A stretch of DNA of 64,000 bases from an uncultured virus (IMG/VR IMGVR_UViG_3300023274_000001) (taxonomy: Duplodnaviria > Heunggongvirae > Uroviricota > Caudoviricetes), in IMG/VR virus record IMGVR_UViG_3300023274_000001, positions 124,698 to 188,697 of that record. One strand, written 5' to 3'. The notes under the pieces were generated by a model. The model was given only the letters and a program-made list of their open reading frames with translations. It ran no database searches and was not told the DNA's origin. Below, one piece after another: positions 36,945 through 44,500 of this stretch (its first letter is position 1; each line of letters opens with the position of its first letter). Both the position numbers and the translations under genes were made by a program.

Positions 36945-37235
36945 TCAGTCCTCCCGCCGGGTCACGACCATGACGCCCCGGGCGTCGAAGCGCACGACGT
37001 TCCGGCCGTCCGCCTGCATGACCTCCATCAGGCCGTTGCGCTGCTCCTGCTCGCTCTGCCGCGAGCGCAGCAGGTGGGCCGCACTGTCGGCCACGGCGAA
37101 CTCCATCACCGCGCCGGTTTCCAGCCGGACCCCGGGCAGGGTGCGCCCGAGGAAGCAGTCCTTGTTCTGGCAGCGTGAGATCGTCGGGTACATCAGTCCG
37201 TGCAGCAGCCGGACCATGCTGACGCGCTCGCTCAC
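36945..37235 (-). CDS. hypothetical protein
   Basis: ORF track. Confidence 0.6.
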   Translation of the reverse strand: MSERVSMVRLLHGLMYPTISRCQNKDCFLGRTLPGVRLETGAVMEFAVADSAAHLLRSRQSEQEQRNGLMEVMQADGRNVVRFDARGVMVVTRRED

Positions 37236-37432
37236 GGGGTCACCTCGATCTCGTTCAGCGGCCGGTCGTCGTGGATCTGGTCATACAGCTCCCGCAGGCG
37301 CTCGATCGCCAGGTCGTCGGTCTTCTTCAGGGCGTCCTTCACCCACACCCGGAGCTGGTCCCAGCAGGACGTGCACAGGTACTGACGGCGCCTGCGAGTG
37401 GCCCCGCAGGAGGGGCACGGCGTGGGGTTCAC
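37232..37432 (-). CDS. small zinc-finger protein
   Basis: CPSC....LC.SCW. Confidence 0.65.
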   Translation of the reverse strand: MNPTPCPSCGATRRRRQYLCTSCWDQLRVWVKDALKKTDDLAIERLRELYDQIHDDRPLNEIEVTP

Positions 37433-37956
37433 TGCTTCTCCCCCGTCGCCACGGCCTTGTAGGCGCGCTCGGCCAGGATCTGAAGGTGGTCGAGGATGTC
37501 CTGCGGAGCGCCCTCGTCTTCCGCCTGCCGGATGATGTGCGCCACGGCAGCCGGGTCCTCCCGGTTCTCTCGCACCTGGCGCACGAACCGGTGCTGCCAG
37601 TACGCGTTGTCCTGCCGCATCCGCCAGTTCCGGAGGGCGCGGAGCTGGCGCCGGGCCCGCATCCGGCAGTTCATGTCCGGGCAGCCGCCGTCGTGGGCGA
37701 ACTCGTGCAGCACGTCGATCCCGCTGATGATCTGCGGGGCCTTCTGACCCTCCGGCGCCGGAACGATGTTCACCTCGGTCGACTCACCGATGCGCCAGCC
37801 CTGCCCCCAGTCGAGCATCACGGTCCGTACCGGATAGGGGATGTAGTCGATCTCGTCGTGGATCTTCACGAGGAAACCGGCCGCACTCTCGCCGTCCGGA
37901 TCGATCAGCTCGACGTACTTCCCGAGGTACTGGTCGAGGTCGTTGATGTCGGTCAT
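37429..37956 (-). CDS. hypothetical protein
   Basis: ORF track. Confidence 0.65.
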   Translation of the reverse strand: MTDINDLDQYLGKYVELIDPDGESAAGFLVKIHDEIDYIPYPVRTVMLDWGQGWRIGESTEVNIVPAPEGQKAPQIISGIDVLHEFAHDGGCPDMNCRMRARRQLRALRNWRMRQDNAYWQHRFVRQVRENREDPAAVAHIIRQAEDEGAPQDILDHLQILAERAYKAVATGEKQ

Positions 37957-38216
37957 GCATCCCTCCGGTTCAGGATCGCGAGACGCGCCTGTGAAGCCCA
38001 GTTCCGTTCACCCGGCAGGATCTCCGCATGCATCCGGTCGGAGAACGCCTCGCCGAGGCTCGCACCCTCCGGCCTGTTGTCGAGCAGTTCGATCGCCACG
38101 GTGGCGAGCTTCAGGGCCTCCCCGTCGCTGAGGCCGGGGTAGATCTTCCTGACCTCGTCGGCGATCGTCCCGAGCAGCTTGATCACCGGCCACCCGTCGT
38201 CCGGCCCGGTGTTCAC
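37953..38216 (-). CDS. hypothetical protein
   Basis: ORF track. Confidence 0.6.
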   Translation of the reverse strand: MNTGPDDGWPVIKLLGTIADEVRKIYPGLSDGEALKLATVAIELLDNRPEGASLGEAFSDRMHAEILPGERNWASQARLAILNRRDA

Positions 38217-38668
38217 AGGCGGTCCACGGTGAGGCCGACGACGGTCTCACCGGCGGCGACGACGTCGAGCTGCTGACTGACCGAAAGGTTGCCGTGGCGA
38301 ACCCTGAGCGTGGTGCCCGAGGCCATCGGATGCACCATGGCGGCGCCGGTCGTGCCGACATAGATGACCCGGTCGGCGGCGTACGCGAGGTCGATGAGCA
38401 TCGGGTTGACCCGGCTCTGGAACGCGCTGCGGTCCAGGGTTCCCTCGATCTCGGGGAGTGCGGCGAAGACCACGGTCGCATCCTGCTGGATGGAGATCCC
38501 GGCCTTCAGTGCCTCGACGTCCTCCACCTGGGAGATGTGGACGAACCGGAAGGCGATTCCGGCAACGCGGATGATCTCCTTGATCCGGTCGTGGGCGGGC
38601 CCGGCCATCAGGATCAGACGAGGTGCGTCGGCGTCGCCGAGCAGGTGGTGCGGAGCAACCTGTCCCAT
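38213..38668 (-). CDS. hypothetical protein
   Basis: cggagagggaag RBS. Confidence 0.65.
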   Translation of the reverse strand: MGQVAPHHLLGDADAPRLILMAGPAHDRIKEIIRVAGIAFRFVHISQVEDVEALKAGISIQQDATVVFAALPEIEGTLDRSAFQSRVNPMLIDLAYAADRVIYVGTTGAAMVHPMASGTTLRVRHGNLSVSQQLDVVAAGETVVGLTVDRL

Positions 38669-38717
38669 GTTCTTCCCTCTCCGAAGTACCTTGCCATTGA
38701 GGCATGTTGGTCCTTCG

Positions 38718-38738
38718 ATTCTAACATGGCCCAGGCCA
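38718..38738 (-). promoter_or_regulatory. operator and -10
   Basis: TGGCCTGGGCCA-tgt-TAGAAT on minus strand. Confidence 0.55.
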
Positions 38739-38784
38739 CTGGGGATACGAGAACGGGCCCCTCCGTCGAGGAGAGGCCCGTCAC

Positions 38785-39297
38785 TCAGCCAATCCGGCCG
38801 CCCGGCCAGACGAACGTCTTGATCTCGGTGTTCTTCAGGATCTTCAGGCATCCGGCGCAAGGCTGCTCGGTGATGTACATCGTTGCCCCGACCAGACGGC
38901 TGCGGTCCGATACGTCCAGCAAGGCGTTCATCTCGGCGTGCACCGCAATGCACATGCCGGGCCCGGTGTCGTACGAACTGCCCGGAGCAACCGACCAGGT
39001 GCAGGGCCACGTCTCGCCGCAGGCGCACCGGCCGGTGAAGATCCGGCACTTGCAGTCCGGCGGGTGCGGTGACCCAGGGCACTTTGAGATCTCGTAGTGC
39101 CTGCCGCGCGGGCACTCCCCGGCCAGGCAGCTTGCACCACCGCGCGGGCCGCCGTTGTAGCCGCAGCCGATGACCCGGTGGGCCTCATCCAGCAGAACGG
39201 CCCCGACCTGGCGCCTGGTGCAGTCCCCCCGGAGGGAGACAGCCTCGGCAATGCCGAGGGCCCAGGCGTCCCAGTCGGGGCGCTCCGCCGTTCTCAC
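38785..39297 (-). CDS. dCMP deaminase
   Basis: C.RRQVGAVL...GYNG.P.G..C; HAE.NAL; PC..C. Confidence 0.9.
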   Translation of the reverse strand: MRTAERPDWDAWALGIAEAVSLRGDCTRRQVGAVLLDEAHRVIGCGYNGGPRGGASCLAGECPRGRHYEISKCPGSPHPPDCKCRIFTGRCACGETWPCTWSVAPGSSYDTGPGMCIAVHAEMNALLDVSDRSRLVGATMYITEQPCAGCLKILKNTEIKTFVWPGGRIG

Positions 39298-39500
39298 GAA
39301 GTGATCGTGACGCCCTGCGCCTCGATCCCCTTCTTCCCCTGCTGCGTCTCGAAGATCACCCGCTGACCCTCTTCCAGGCTGCGGTAGCCCTGGGCGTTGA
39401 TCTGCGAGTAGTGCACGAAGACGTCGGGGCCACCGCCGTCCTGCTCGATGAAGCCGAAGCCCTTCTCGGCGTTGAACCACTTCACGGTGCCCAGCGGCAT
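39294..39500 (-). CDS. cspA: cold-shock protein
   Basis: [15 protein letters not shown]...DVFVHYS. Confidence 0.95.
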   Translation of the reverse strand: MPLGTVKWFNAEKGFGFIEQDGGGPDVFVHYSQINAQGYRSLEEGQRVIFETQQGKKGIEAQGVTITS

Positions 39501-39568
39501 GTTTCTCTCCGGTCTCTCTGCTGTCTTGCCGGAGGAAATCTACCCTGTTTTTCAACCCCGTGGTGGGC

Positions 39569-39787
39569 TCACTTCTCGTCGGGAAGGCGGTCCACGTAGG
39601 CGGCCTTCGTGCGCCAGCGCGTCGGGCAGGCCGTACAGCGGATCTCGGAGTAGTCGCTGGGGGTGCGGTGGTAGCCGTTGAAGGCGGAGTAGTTCGCCCG
39701 GCGCACCGTCACCACCCAGTGCTCGAAGTGCTCTTTGCGCTTCAGGCAGGCCGTCCCACCGCTCAGCGGATCACGGGTTCGGGCCAT
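39569..39787 (-). CDS. small zinc-binding protein
   Basis: N.SAFNGY..TPSDYS...C..C...WRTKA.YV. Confidence 0.7.
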   Translation of the reverse strand: MARTRDPLSGGTACLKRKEHFEHWVVTVRRANYSAFNGYHRTPSDYSEIRCTACPTRWRTKAAYVDRLPDEK

Positions 39788-39789
39788 CG

Positions 39790-40200
39790 CTACTTCCCGT
39801 CCTTGTCGGTGGGCTTCAGGGCCAGCGCCGACCGCAGGTTCAGGGCGGCCAGGTCCAGCAGCTTCTCCATGTCGGCACAGCCGCCTTCGTACTCGACGTC
39901 ACCCAGCTCGTCGAGCGTCTTGATCTCCTTCTCGGCCCGCTGGATCTCGCTCAGCGCGTCCTCGATCCGGCGGTGCAGCCACTGCCGGTGGGTGACGATG
40001 CTCTTGTTGTGGTGCATCTCGTCGGAGGCGGCGTCCATCAGCTCGCGCGCGCCCTCCTTGCCGAGCGGAGACAGGTTCAGGCAGCCGTACATGGTGCCCG
40101 CCTTGCCCTCTGCCAGTAGCGCCTCCAGGCGCTCCCAGTCCTTGCTGTCCACCCGCTCCAGGATCTCCGCGAGCTGCGACTGCACCATCACGTCGACCAT
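39790..40200 (-). CDS. hypothetical protein
   Basis: ORF track. Confidence 0.65.
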   Translation of the reverse strand: MVDVMVQSQLAEILERVDSKDWERLEALLAEGKAGTMYGCLNLSPLGKEGARELMDAASDEMHHNKSIVTHRQWLHRRIEDALSEIQRAEKEIKTLDELGDVEYEGGCADMEKLLDLAALNLRSALALKPTDKDGK

Positions 40201-40201
40201 C

Positions 40202-40411
40202 TCAGCCACCGCCGTGGCCGAAGTTGCGCAGCGTGTGGCCGTTGCCGCCGTTCCTGTACGGGTCCGGGGTGACGGCCCGCTTCATCGTGCCGGTGGTCTC
40301 GTCGCGGACCATCGGCGCCGGAGCCGGGTGCGCTTCGCGCCCCTTGGTGCTGGTCGGCTGCTTCCAGGTCGAGCTGTCCACGGGCGCCTGCCCGCCGTCG
40401 TACTGACCCAT
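40202..40411 (-). CDS. hypothetical protein
   Basis: RBS gaggag. Confidence 0.6.
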   Translation of the reverse strand: MGQYDGGQAPVDSSTWKQPTSTKGREAHPAPAPMVRDETTGTMKRAVTPDPYRNGGNGHTLRNFGHGGG

Positions 40412-40512
40412 CGTTTTTTCTCCTCGTCCGATGACGGAACCCCCGATCGTCAGACCGGAGGTTCCGTGGGTGATGATTCTTCAACTGTACCGAAGTGAAG
40501 CAGGGTTGACCA

Positions 40513-40740
40513 CTATCCGAAGTGCATGACGGCCCGGATCGCCTTCACGTCGAACTCAGGGCCACCGTCGAGTTCGGCCACGAAGATGCGCACCTCCTCA
40601 GCCGTCGCCTTCGGGTACTTCACGATCGCCTCGCGGATCAGGGCGGCCGTCTCCGCGTCCGGCATCTCCTCGGCCGTCGGCGGGCGCCGTTTCACCGGCC
40701 GGTACGGGCGCTTGCCCCGGTCGTAGTACTCGCCGTACAT
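40513..40740 (-). CDS. hypothetical protein
   Basis: TGATG overlap. Confidence 0.65.
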   Translation of the reverse strand: MYGEYYDRGKRPYRPVKRRPPTAEEMPDAETAALIREAIVKYPKATAEEVRIFVAELDGGPEFDVKAIRAVMHFG

Positions 40741-41021
40741 CAGGACTCCCCGGAGGTGAAGACGTTGACGGCGATCTTCTCACTGGAGGCGATCAACGCC
40801 TGGGCGAAGTCCTCCATGTAGACCGGCGGGTAGTCGGACCCGAACAGGTCGCCCACCGTGATCCTCTGGAACTGATCGACGTGACGCGGGATGATCCGGT
40901 ACGTCGGGCCCTTCAGGTCGGCCCTGCTCGCGAAGATCGCCTTCTCTCCCGCGCGGTCGAAGGTCATCACCACGTCGCGGAACTCGATCGAGCCCACGAC
41001 CGTGACCCAGTTCTGGCTCAT
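40740..41021 (-). CDS. hypothetical protein
   Basis: TGATG overlap. Confidence 0.65.
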   Translation of the reverse strand: MSQNWVTVVGSIEFRDVVMTFDRAGEKAIFASRADLKGPTYRIIPRHVDQFQRITVGDLFGSDYPPVYMEDFAQALIASSEKIAVNVFTSGES

Positions 41022-41521
41022 CAGCCCTTGTCCCCCTTCTTCAGCTCGGCCTCGACCTGGTCGACCAGGCCCTTCGTGCCCTTGTAGACCTGGCGTCGCT
41101 GGCTGAACTCGCGCAGGGTCTCCGCGCTCTCGTGGGCCTCCTTGACGAGGCGGCGCAGCTCGTCCTCCTCGTTGGGAAGCAGCCGCCGCATGACCTCGGA
41201 GCCGTACCCCACGGTGAGCTGCCCGTTGGTGCCGTCGTCCCAGGAGACGAGCAGGTTGCCGGTGCCGCCGTGAACGCCGGTCACCACGCCGTGCTTCAGG
41301 GTGATGTAGCCGTTGTTCTTCGACTCGACCTTCGTGAAGGGGACGTTGACGGCCTTCTTCTTCAGGCGCATCACGCGGTCGATGTCGGCCAGCAGCTTGG
41401 CCCGGGTGGGGTGCTTCAGGTCCCGGCCGTCGAACTCGGTCAGCCAGTCACCGTCGTCGTTCACGCGCAGCTTGAACCAGGCTCCGGCGTGCTTGATGAT
41501 CCCGGCCTTGTACTCCGCCAT
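41021..41521 (-). CDS. hypothetical protein
   Basis: ATG 41521. Confidence 0.7.
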   Translation of the reverse strand: MAEYKAGIIKHAGAWFKLRVNDDGDWLTEFDGRDLKHPTRAKLLADIDRVMRLKKKAVNVPFTKVESKNNGYITLKHGVVTGVHGGTGNLLVSWDDGTNGQLTVGYGSEVMRRLLPNEEDELRRLVKEAHESAETLREFSQRRQVYKGTKGLVDQVEAELKKGDKG

Positions 41522-41526
41522 GCCGT

Positions 41527-41856
41527 TCACCGCCCGAACTGCGAGGCGCCGAACGGGGAGCGCTCCTCGCCCCACGGCTCGGGGTCGTCCGAGGTGTCAC
41601 GGGTGACCACGTACACCCACGTCCAGTAGACGTGCTCCTTCTTCACGGTAGGCGCCTGCTTGGCGCTCTCCACCCAGTACGTCTGGCCATCCGGCACGGT
41701 GATCCCGTCACCCTTGTGCAGGAAGGGCAGTTCGGGCAGGGCCCGGCCGCGCGCCGTGGGGGTGACCGTGATCTGGTACTGCTGAGGCCAACCGGACGAC
41801 ATGCCGGTTCGCTTCGGCAGCTCGATCACCGTGATCTCGTCGATCTCGTAATCCAC
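41527..41856 (-). CDS. hypothetical protein (family with 14741 and 20813)
   Basis: Strong purine-rich RBS, GTG. Confidence 0.7.
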   Translation of the reverse strand: MDYEIDEITVIELPKRTGMSSGWPQQYQITVTPTARGRALPELPFLHKGDGITVPDGQTYWVESAKQAPTVKKEHVYWTWVYVVTRDTSDDPEPWGEERSPFGASQFGR

Positions 41857-42001
41857 TTCTCTTCTTCCTCTCCGAGACAAGAATGCGGGGGCCGCCTACT
41901 ACGACCGCAGGGGATCTGTCTCCAGGAGAGCCGCCACGCGGATCACTGGGGATTGGCCTCGCCCTGCCCGAGCGGAGTAAGGATTTCCGCAGGCACCGCC
42001 G

Positions 42002-42074
42002 TGCTCCTGGCAGGATTCGAACCTGCGACACCCGGATCCGGAATCCGGCGCTCTATCCCCTGAGCTACAGAAGC
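42002..42074 (-). tRNA. tRNA-Arg(CCG)
   Basis: Cloverleaf; ccgga-TT CCG GA-tccgg; GGTTCGAATCC. Confidence 0.92.
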
Positions 42075-42085
42075 GTTTTCCGATC

Positions 42086-42481
42086 TCACCAGATGTCGTA
42101 CAGCATCCGGCGAGGAACCTTCTCGGCCTTTTCGTACAGCCGACGTTCGAGTTCACCCTTCGTGCGGCGCCCAGCCTCCAGCTTGCTCTTCACGTACCGC
42201 CTGTTGGCCCGTTCGTGCTTCTGGGCCCAGTAGGTGCGGCTGGAGCTGGGGGTCCAGGCTCCGGTGTAGGTCCACCAGCGAGCGGTGCGCCTTACCTTCC
42301 GGGGCTGGGGCCTGCGGCCCTGCTTCTCGGCGTCGCGGAGTTCCGCAGCGCTGTAGCGCAGGTCGTGGACCGTGTGCTCACGGACGGGGATGACGGGGCG
42401 CCCCCGCCAGTACATGCAGTACCCGTCCGGCCACTCCCGGATGTCGAACTTGCCCTTCAGGTGATGTGCCGTCTTGCCCAT
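42086..42481 (-). CDS. highly basic (R/K/W-rich) protein inside tRNA cluster
   Basis: AGGAGG RBS; 131 aa ending YDIW. Confidence 0.75.
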   Translation of the reverse strand: MGKTAHHLKGKFDIREWPDGYCMYWRGRPVIPVREHTVHDLRYSAAELRDAEKQGRRPQPRKVRRTARWWTYTGAWTPSSSRTYWAQKHERANRRYVKSKLEAGRRTKGELERRLYEKAEKVPRRMLYDIW

Positions 42482-42518
42482 CGGAATGCATCCTCCTAGG
42501 GCCGCGAATTTCGCGGAC

Positions 42519-42542
42519 CTAGGTGAAGCCGGTAGAGGTCAT
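42519..42542 (-). CDS. leader peptide MTSTGFT
   Basis: RBS gaaaggaacgaggg; stop lies in the hairpin that masks the downstream SD. Confidence 0.5.
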   Translation of the reverse strand: MTSTGFT

Positions 42543-42581
42543 GACCCTCGTTCCTTTCGTTCTTGTCGCTGCATTCCCGAG

Positions 42582-42678
42582 TGCACGGAGCAGGTATCGC
42601 ACCTGCGGAGAGCGTCCCCTCCAGGCTATAAGTGACGCGCTGCGCCCTAGGCGCCAGCCACCGTTCCACTTCCCGTGC
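42582..42678 (-). ncRNA. non-canonical tRNA-like RNA
   Basis: Acceptor GCACGGG/TCCGTGC-A and T-arm GCAGG-TGCGATA-CCTGC, no canonical D or anticodon arm. Confidence 0.55.
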
Positions 42679-42769
42679 GACCGCACTGCGCAATGCGGCC
42701 CTTTACCACCGACTGTAATTCCGACCGGGTTTTTCAGACCACGGAAGGACATGGTGTCGTCGGCACACG

Positions 42770-42842
42770 CTCTCCTGACTGGACTTGAACCAGTAACATC
42801 CGGATTAACAATCCGGCGCTCTGCCGGTTGAGCTACAGGAGA
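42770..42842 (-). tRNA. tRNA-Asn(GTT)
   Basis: ccgga-TT GTT AA-tccgg; cloverleaf. Confidence 0.92.
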
Positions 42843-42981
42843 TCGAATCTGAAATTGTTTTAGTGGGCCTCATCCCTAGCACCACGCGGCGCACCGACCT
42901 TGTTCTGCTGCGCTTCTCAACTGTCCTGGCCGTCGGGCGGATGGCGACCAGGCGGTACTCCTATCTCCGCCACGTACTACG

Positions 42982-43053
42982 CTCCCCAGCCTAGACTCGA
43001 ACTAGGACTCTCGACTCCAGAGGCCGATGGTCTGCCAATTAACCTACCGGGGA
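42982..43053 (-). tRNA. tRNA-Gln(CTG)
   Basis: tcggc-CT CTG GA-gtcga; cloverleaf. Confidence 0.88.
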
Positions 43054-43068
43054 CCGCTGTGGAATTGT

Positions 43069-43164
43069 TGGCAACCGGACGGCAATACTTCCACGCATGG
43101 GCTATCTTCGCATGTATGTCCCACCTGCCACAGTGGGGCTGCGTCAATAGCTTACCGTCCGGCC
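43069..43164 (-). ncRNA. structured RNA with 13-bp terminal stem ending G-CCA
   Basis: GGCCGGACGGTAA/TTGCCGTCCGGTT-GCCA. Confidence 0.45.
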
Positions 43165-43166
43165 GG

Positions 43167-43243
43167 TGGCCCCGGCCGGATTTGAACCGGCGAACCTCTC
43201 GTTTTTCAGACGAGCGCTCTTACGCGAACTGAGCTACAGGGCC
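43167..43243 (-). tRNA. tRNA-Phe(GAA)
   Basis: ctcgt-CT GAA AA-acgag. Confidence 0.92.
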
Positions 43244-43392
43244 TTGCACCCCTTGATGTATAGCTGGGCAGGGGCCGCCCTCCACTTGCCTCCCGGAGAA
43301 GGTTGGCTCATGGACTCGCTTTGCCTCACTCTCTGCTCCGTGGATAGCGACTTGTGATCGCGAACTCCACGAAGATCCGCCTCCGAAGCCAG

Positions 43393-43470
43393 CGCACCTG
43401 ACGGGATTTGAACCCGCGAAAATCTCCGCCTTGACAGGGCGGCGAGGACTCCAGACTCCTCCACAGGCGC
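43393..43470 (-). tRNA. tRNA-Asp(GTC)
   Basis: ccgcc-CT GTC AA-ggcgg. Confidence 0.9.
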
Positions 43471-43562
43471 ATGAACACTGTTGAATTGTGACGTAGGAGC
43501 CCCGCTTTCCCGGCCTCCGCCTTGCGGCGGGGCTCCCATAGACCATCCCGAAGGAGGTCTTG

Positions 43563-43637
43563 CCGGGGTGGAGGGATTTGAACCCCCGTCCGTCCGATCC
43601 GTAGTCGGCTGCCCCATCCGAACTGGGCCACACCCCG
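43563..43637 (-). tRNA. tRNA-Arg(ACG)
   Basis: ccga-CT ACG GA-tcgg; acceptor CGGGGTG/CACCCCG. Confidence 0.85.
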
Positions 43638-43727
43638 TTCAGCCTTTCACCCTTCGCGCCAAGCGTGACCAAGGCAGGTTCCAGGCCGACCGCATCCAAG
43701 CCCCAGGAAGCCGTGAGGATGCGGTAG

Positions 43728-43800
43728 TACGCCCTACTGGACTTGAACCAGTGACACGAGGATTAAGAATCCCCTGCTCTGCCAACTGAGCTAAGGGCGC
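43728..43800 (-). tRNA. tRNA-Lys(CTT)
   Basis: gggga-TT CTT AA-tcctc. Confidence 0.92.
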
Positions 43801-43807
43801 GCGTTCT

Positions 43808-43930
43808 TCAGTTCTGCTTGCCGTTTGTCGGGCCCCAGTAGTGGCCCGTGTGGACGTGGGTAGGGTACCCGTCCTGCTGCACCTTCTTCAGATGCCCCTC
43901 GTACGTCCGAGCCTTGCACTTGCAGCTCAC
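43808..43930 (-). CDS. 40-aa Cys/His microprotein between tRNAs
   Basis: gagaaagaagg RBS, GTG; MSCKCKARTYEGH...HVHTGH. Confidence 0.5.
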   Translation of the reverse strand: MSCKCKARTYEGHLKKVQQDGYPTHVHTGHYWGPTNGKQN

Positions 43931-44086
43931 GTTCGCACCTTCTTTCTCGTCCCGAGTTTCACAGGGACCCCTGGTTTTCCGGGACAGCGTTCCACCAGGG
44001 GTCTGCCTAGCATCCAGCCGCTTTCTGCCCTTACGGCCTTCCGCTGACATACAGCTAACGGATTATGAGTCCGCGCTGCACCTTCG

Positions 44087-44160
44087 TATCCCTGACTGGA
44101 CTTGAACCAGTGGCCTTTCCCTTATGAGGGGAGTGCTCTGACCGGCTGAGCTACAGGGAC
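44087..44160 (-). tRNA. tRNA with CAT anticodon (Met or Ile2)
   Basis: tccc-CT CAT AA-ggga. Confidence 0.88.
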
Positions 44161-44165
44161 CTGCG

Positions 44166-44238
44166 AGCCTCCGACCGGAATTGAACCGATGGCATCCGAC
44201 TTACGAAGACGGCGCTCTACCGACTGAGCTACGGAGGC
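44166..44238 (-). tRNA. tRNA-Thr(CGT)
   Basis: ccgtc-TT CGT AA-gtcgg. Confidence 0.9.
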
Positions 44239-44425
44239 ATTCGGGGAAACCGTCCTGCTACTACCGACCCTCCCGCTCCGACCGGCAGACGCTTTCCCCT
44301 GCGCAAGATGCCATCCTTGCATTCTTCGGCTCGCGAAACCGATGGCGCGGGAACTGCGGTTTCCTGGCGGAGTGGACGACGTCGTAAAGGAAAGAGGTAT
44401 TTCCAGTACGCCGCCAGGAAACCAG

Positions 44426-44500
44426 TCGGAATGACAGGATTTGAACCTGCGAACCTCTCCGTCCCGAACGGAGCACTCTCCCAAACTGAGCTACATTCCG
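44426..44500 (-). tRNA. tRNA-Pro(CGG)
   Basis: ctccg-TT CGG GA-cggag. Confidence 0.92.

Noticed and set aside
42582-42678. Amber suppressor tRNA (CTA in apical loop), tmRNA or YrlA Y RNA
   Set aside because: CTA is not in a 7-nt U33 loop register; no G3:U70 or tag ORF; arm order is not the permuted YrlA arrangement.
42845-43165. HDV-like (theta), pistol or twister ribozymes in tRNA 3' trailers
   Set aside because: Partial look-alikes (GGCCGG start, GCGAA, GTGG..CCAC-TAAA) lack the required P1'/P3 or pseudoknot partners in the right order.
43340-43365. Additional orphan Val anticodon loops (T CAC AA here; T TAC AC near 44530)
   Set aside because: Loop size or register is not the canonical 7 nt, and more stable alternative pairings exist.
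43495-43540. SRP RNA or 16S rRNA fragment (GCCGCAAGG)
   Set aside because: Only a GNRA-tetraloop match; the SRP domain IV motif and flanking rRNA sequence are absent.
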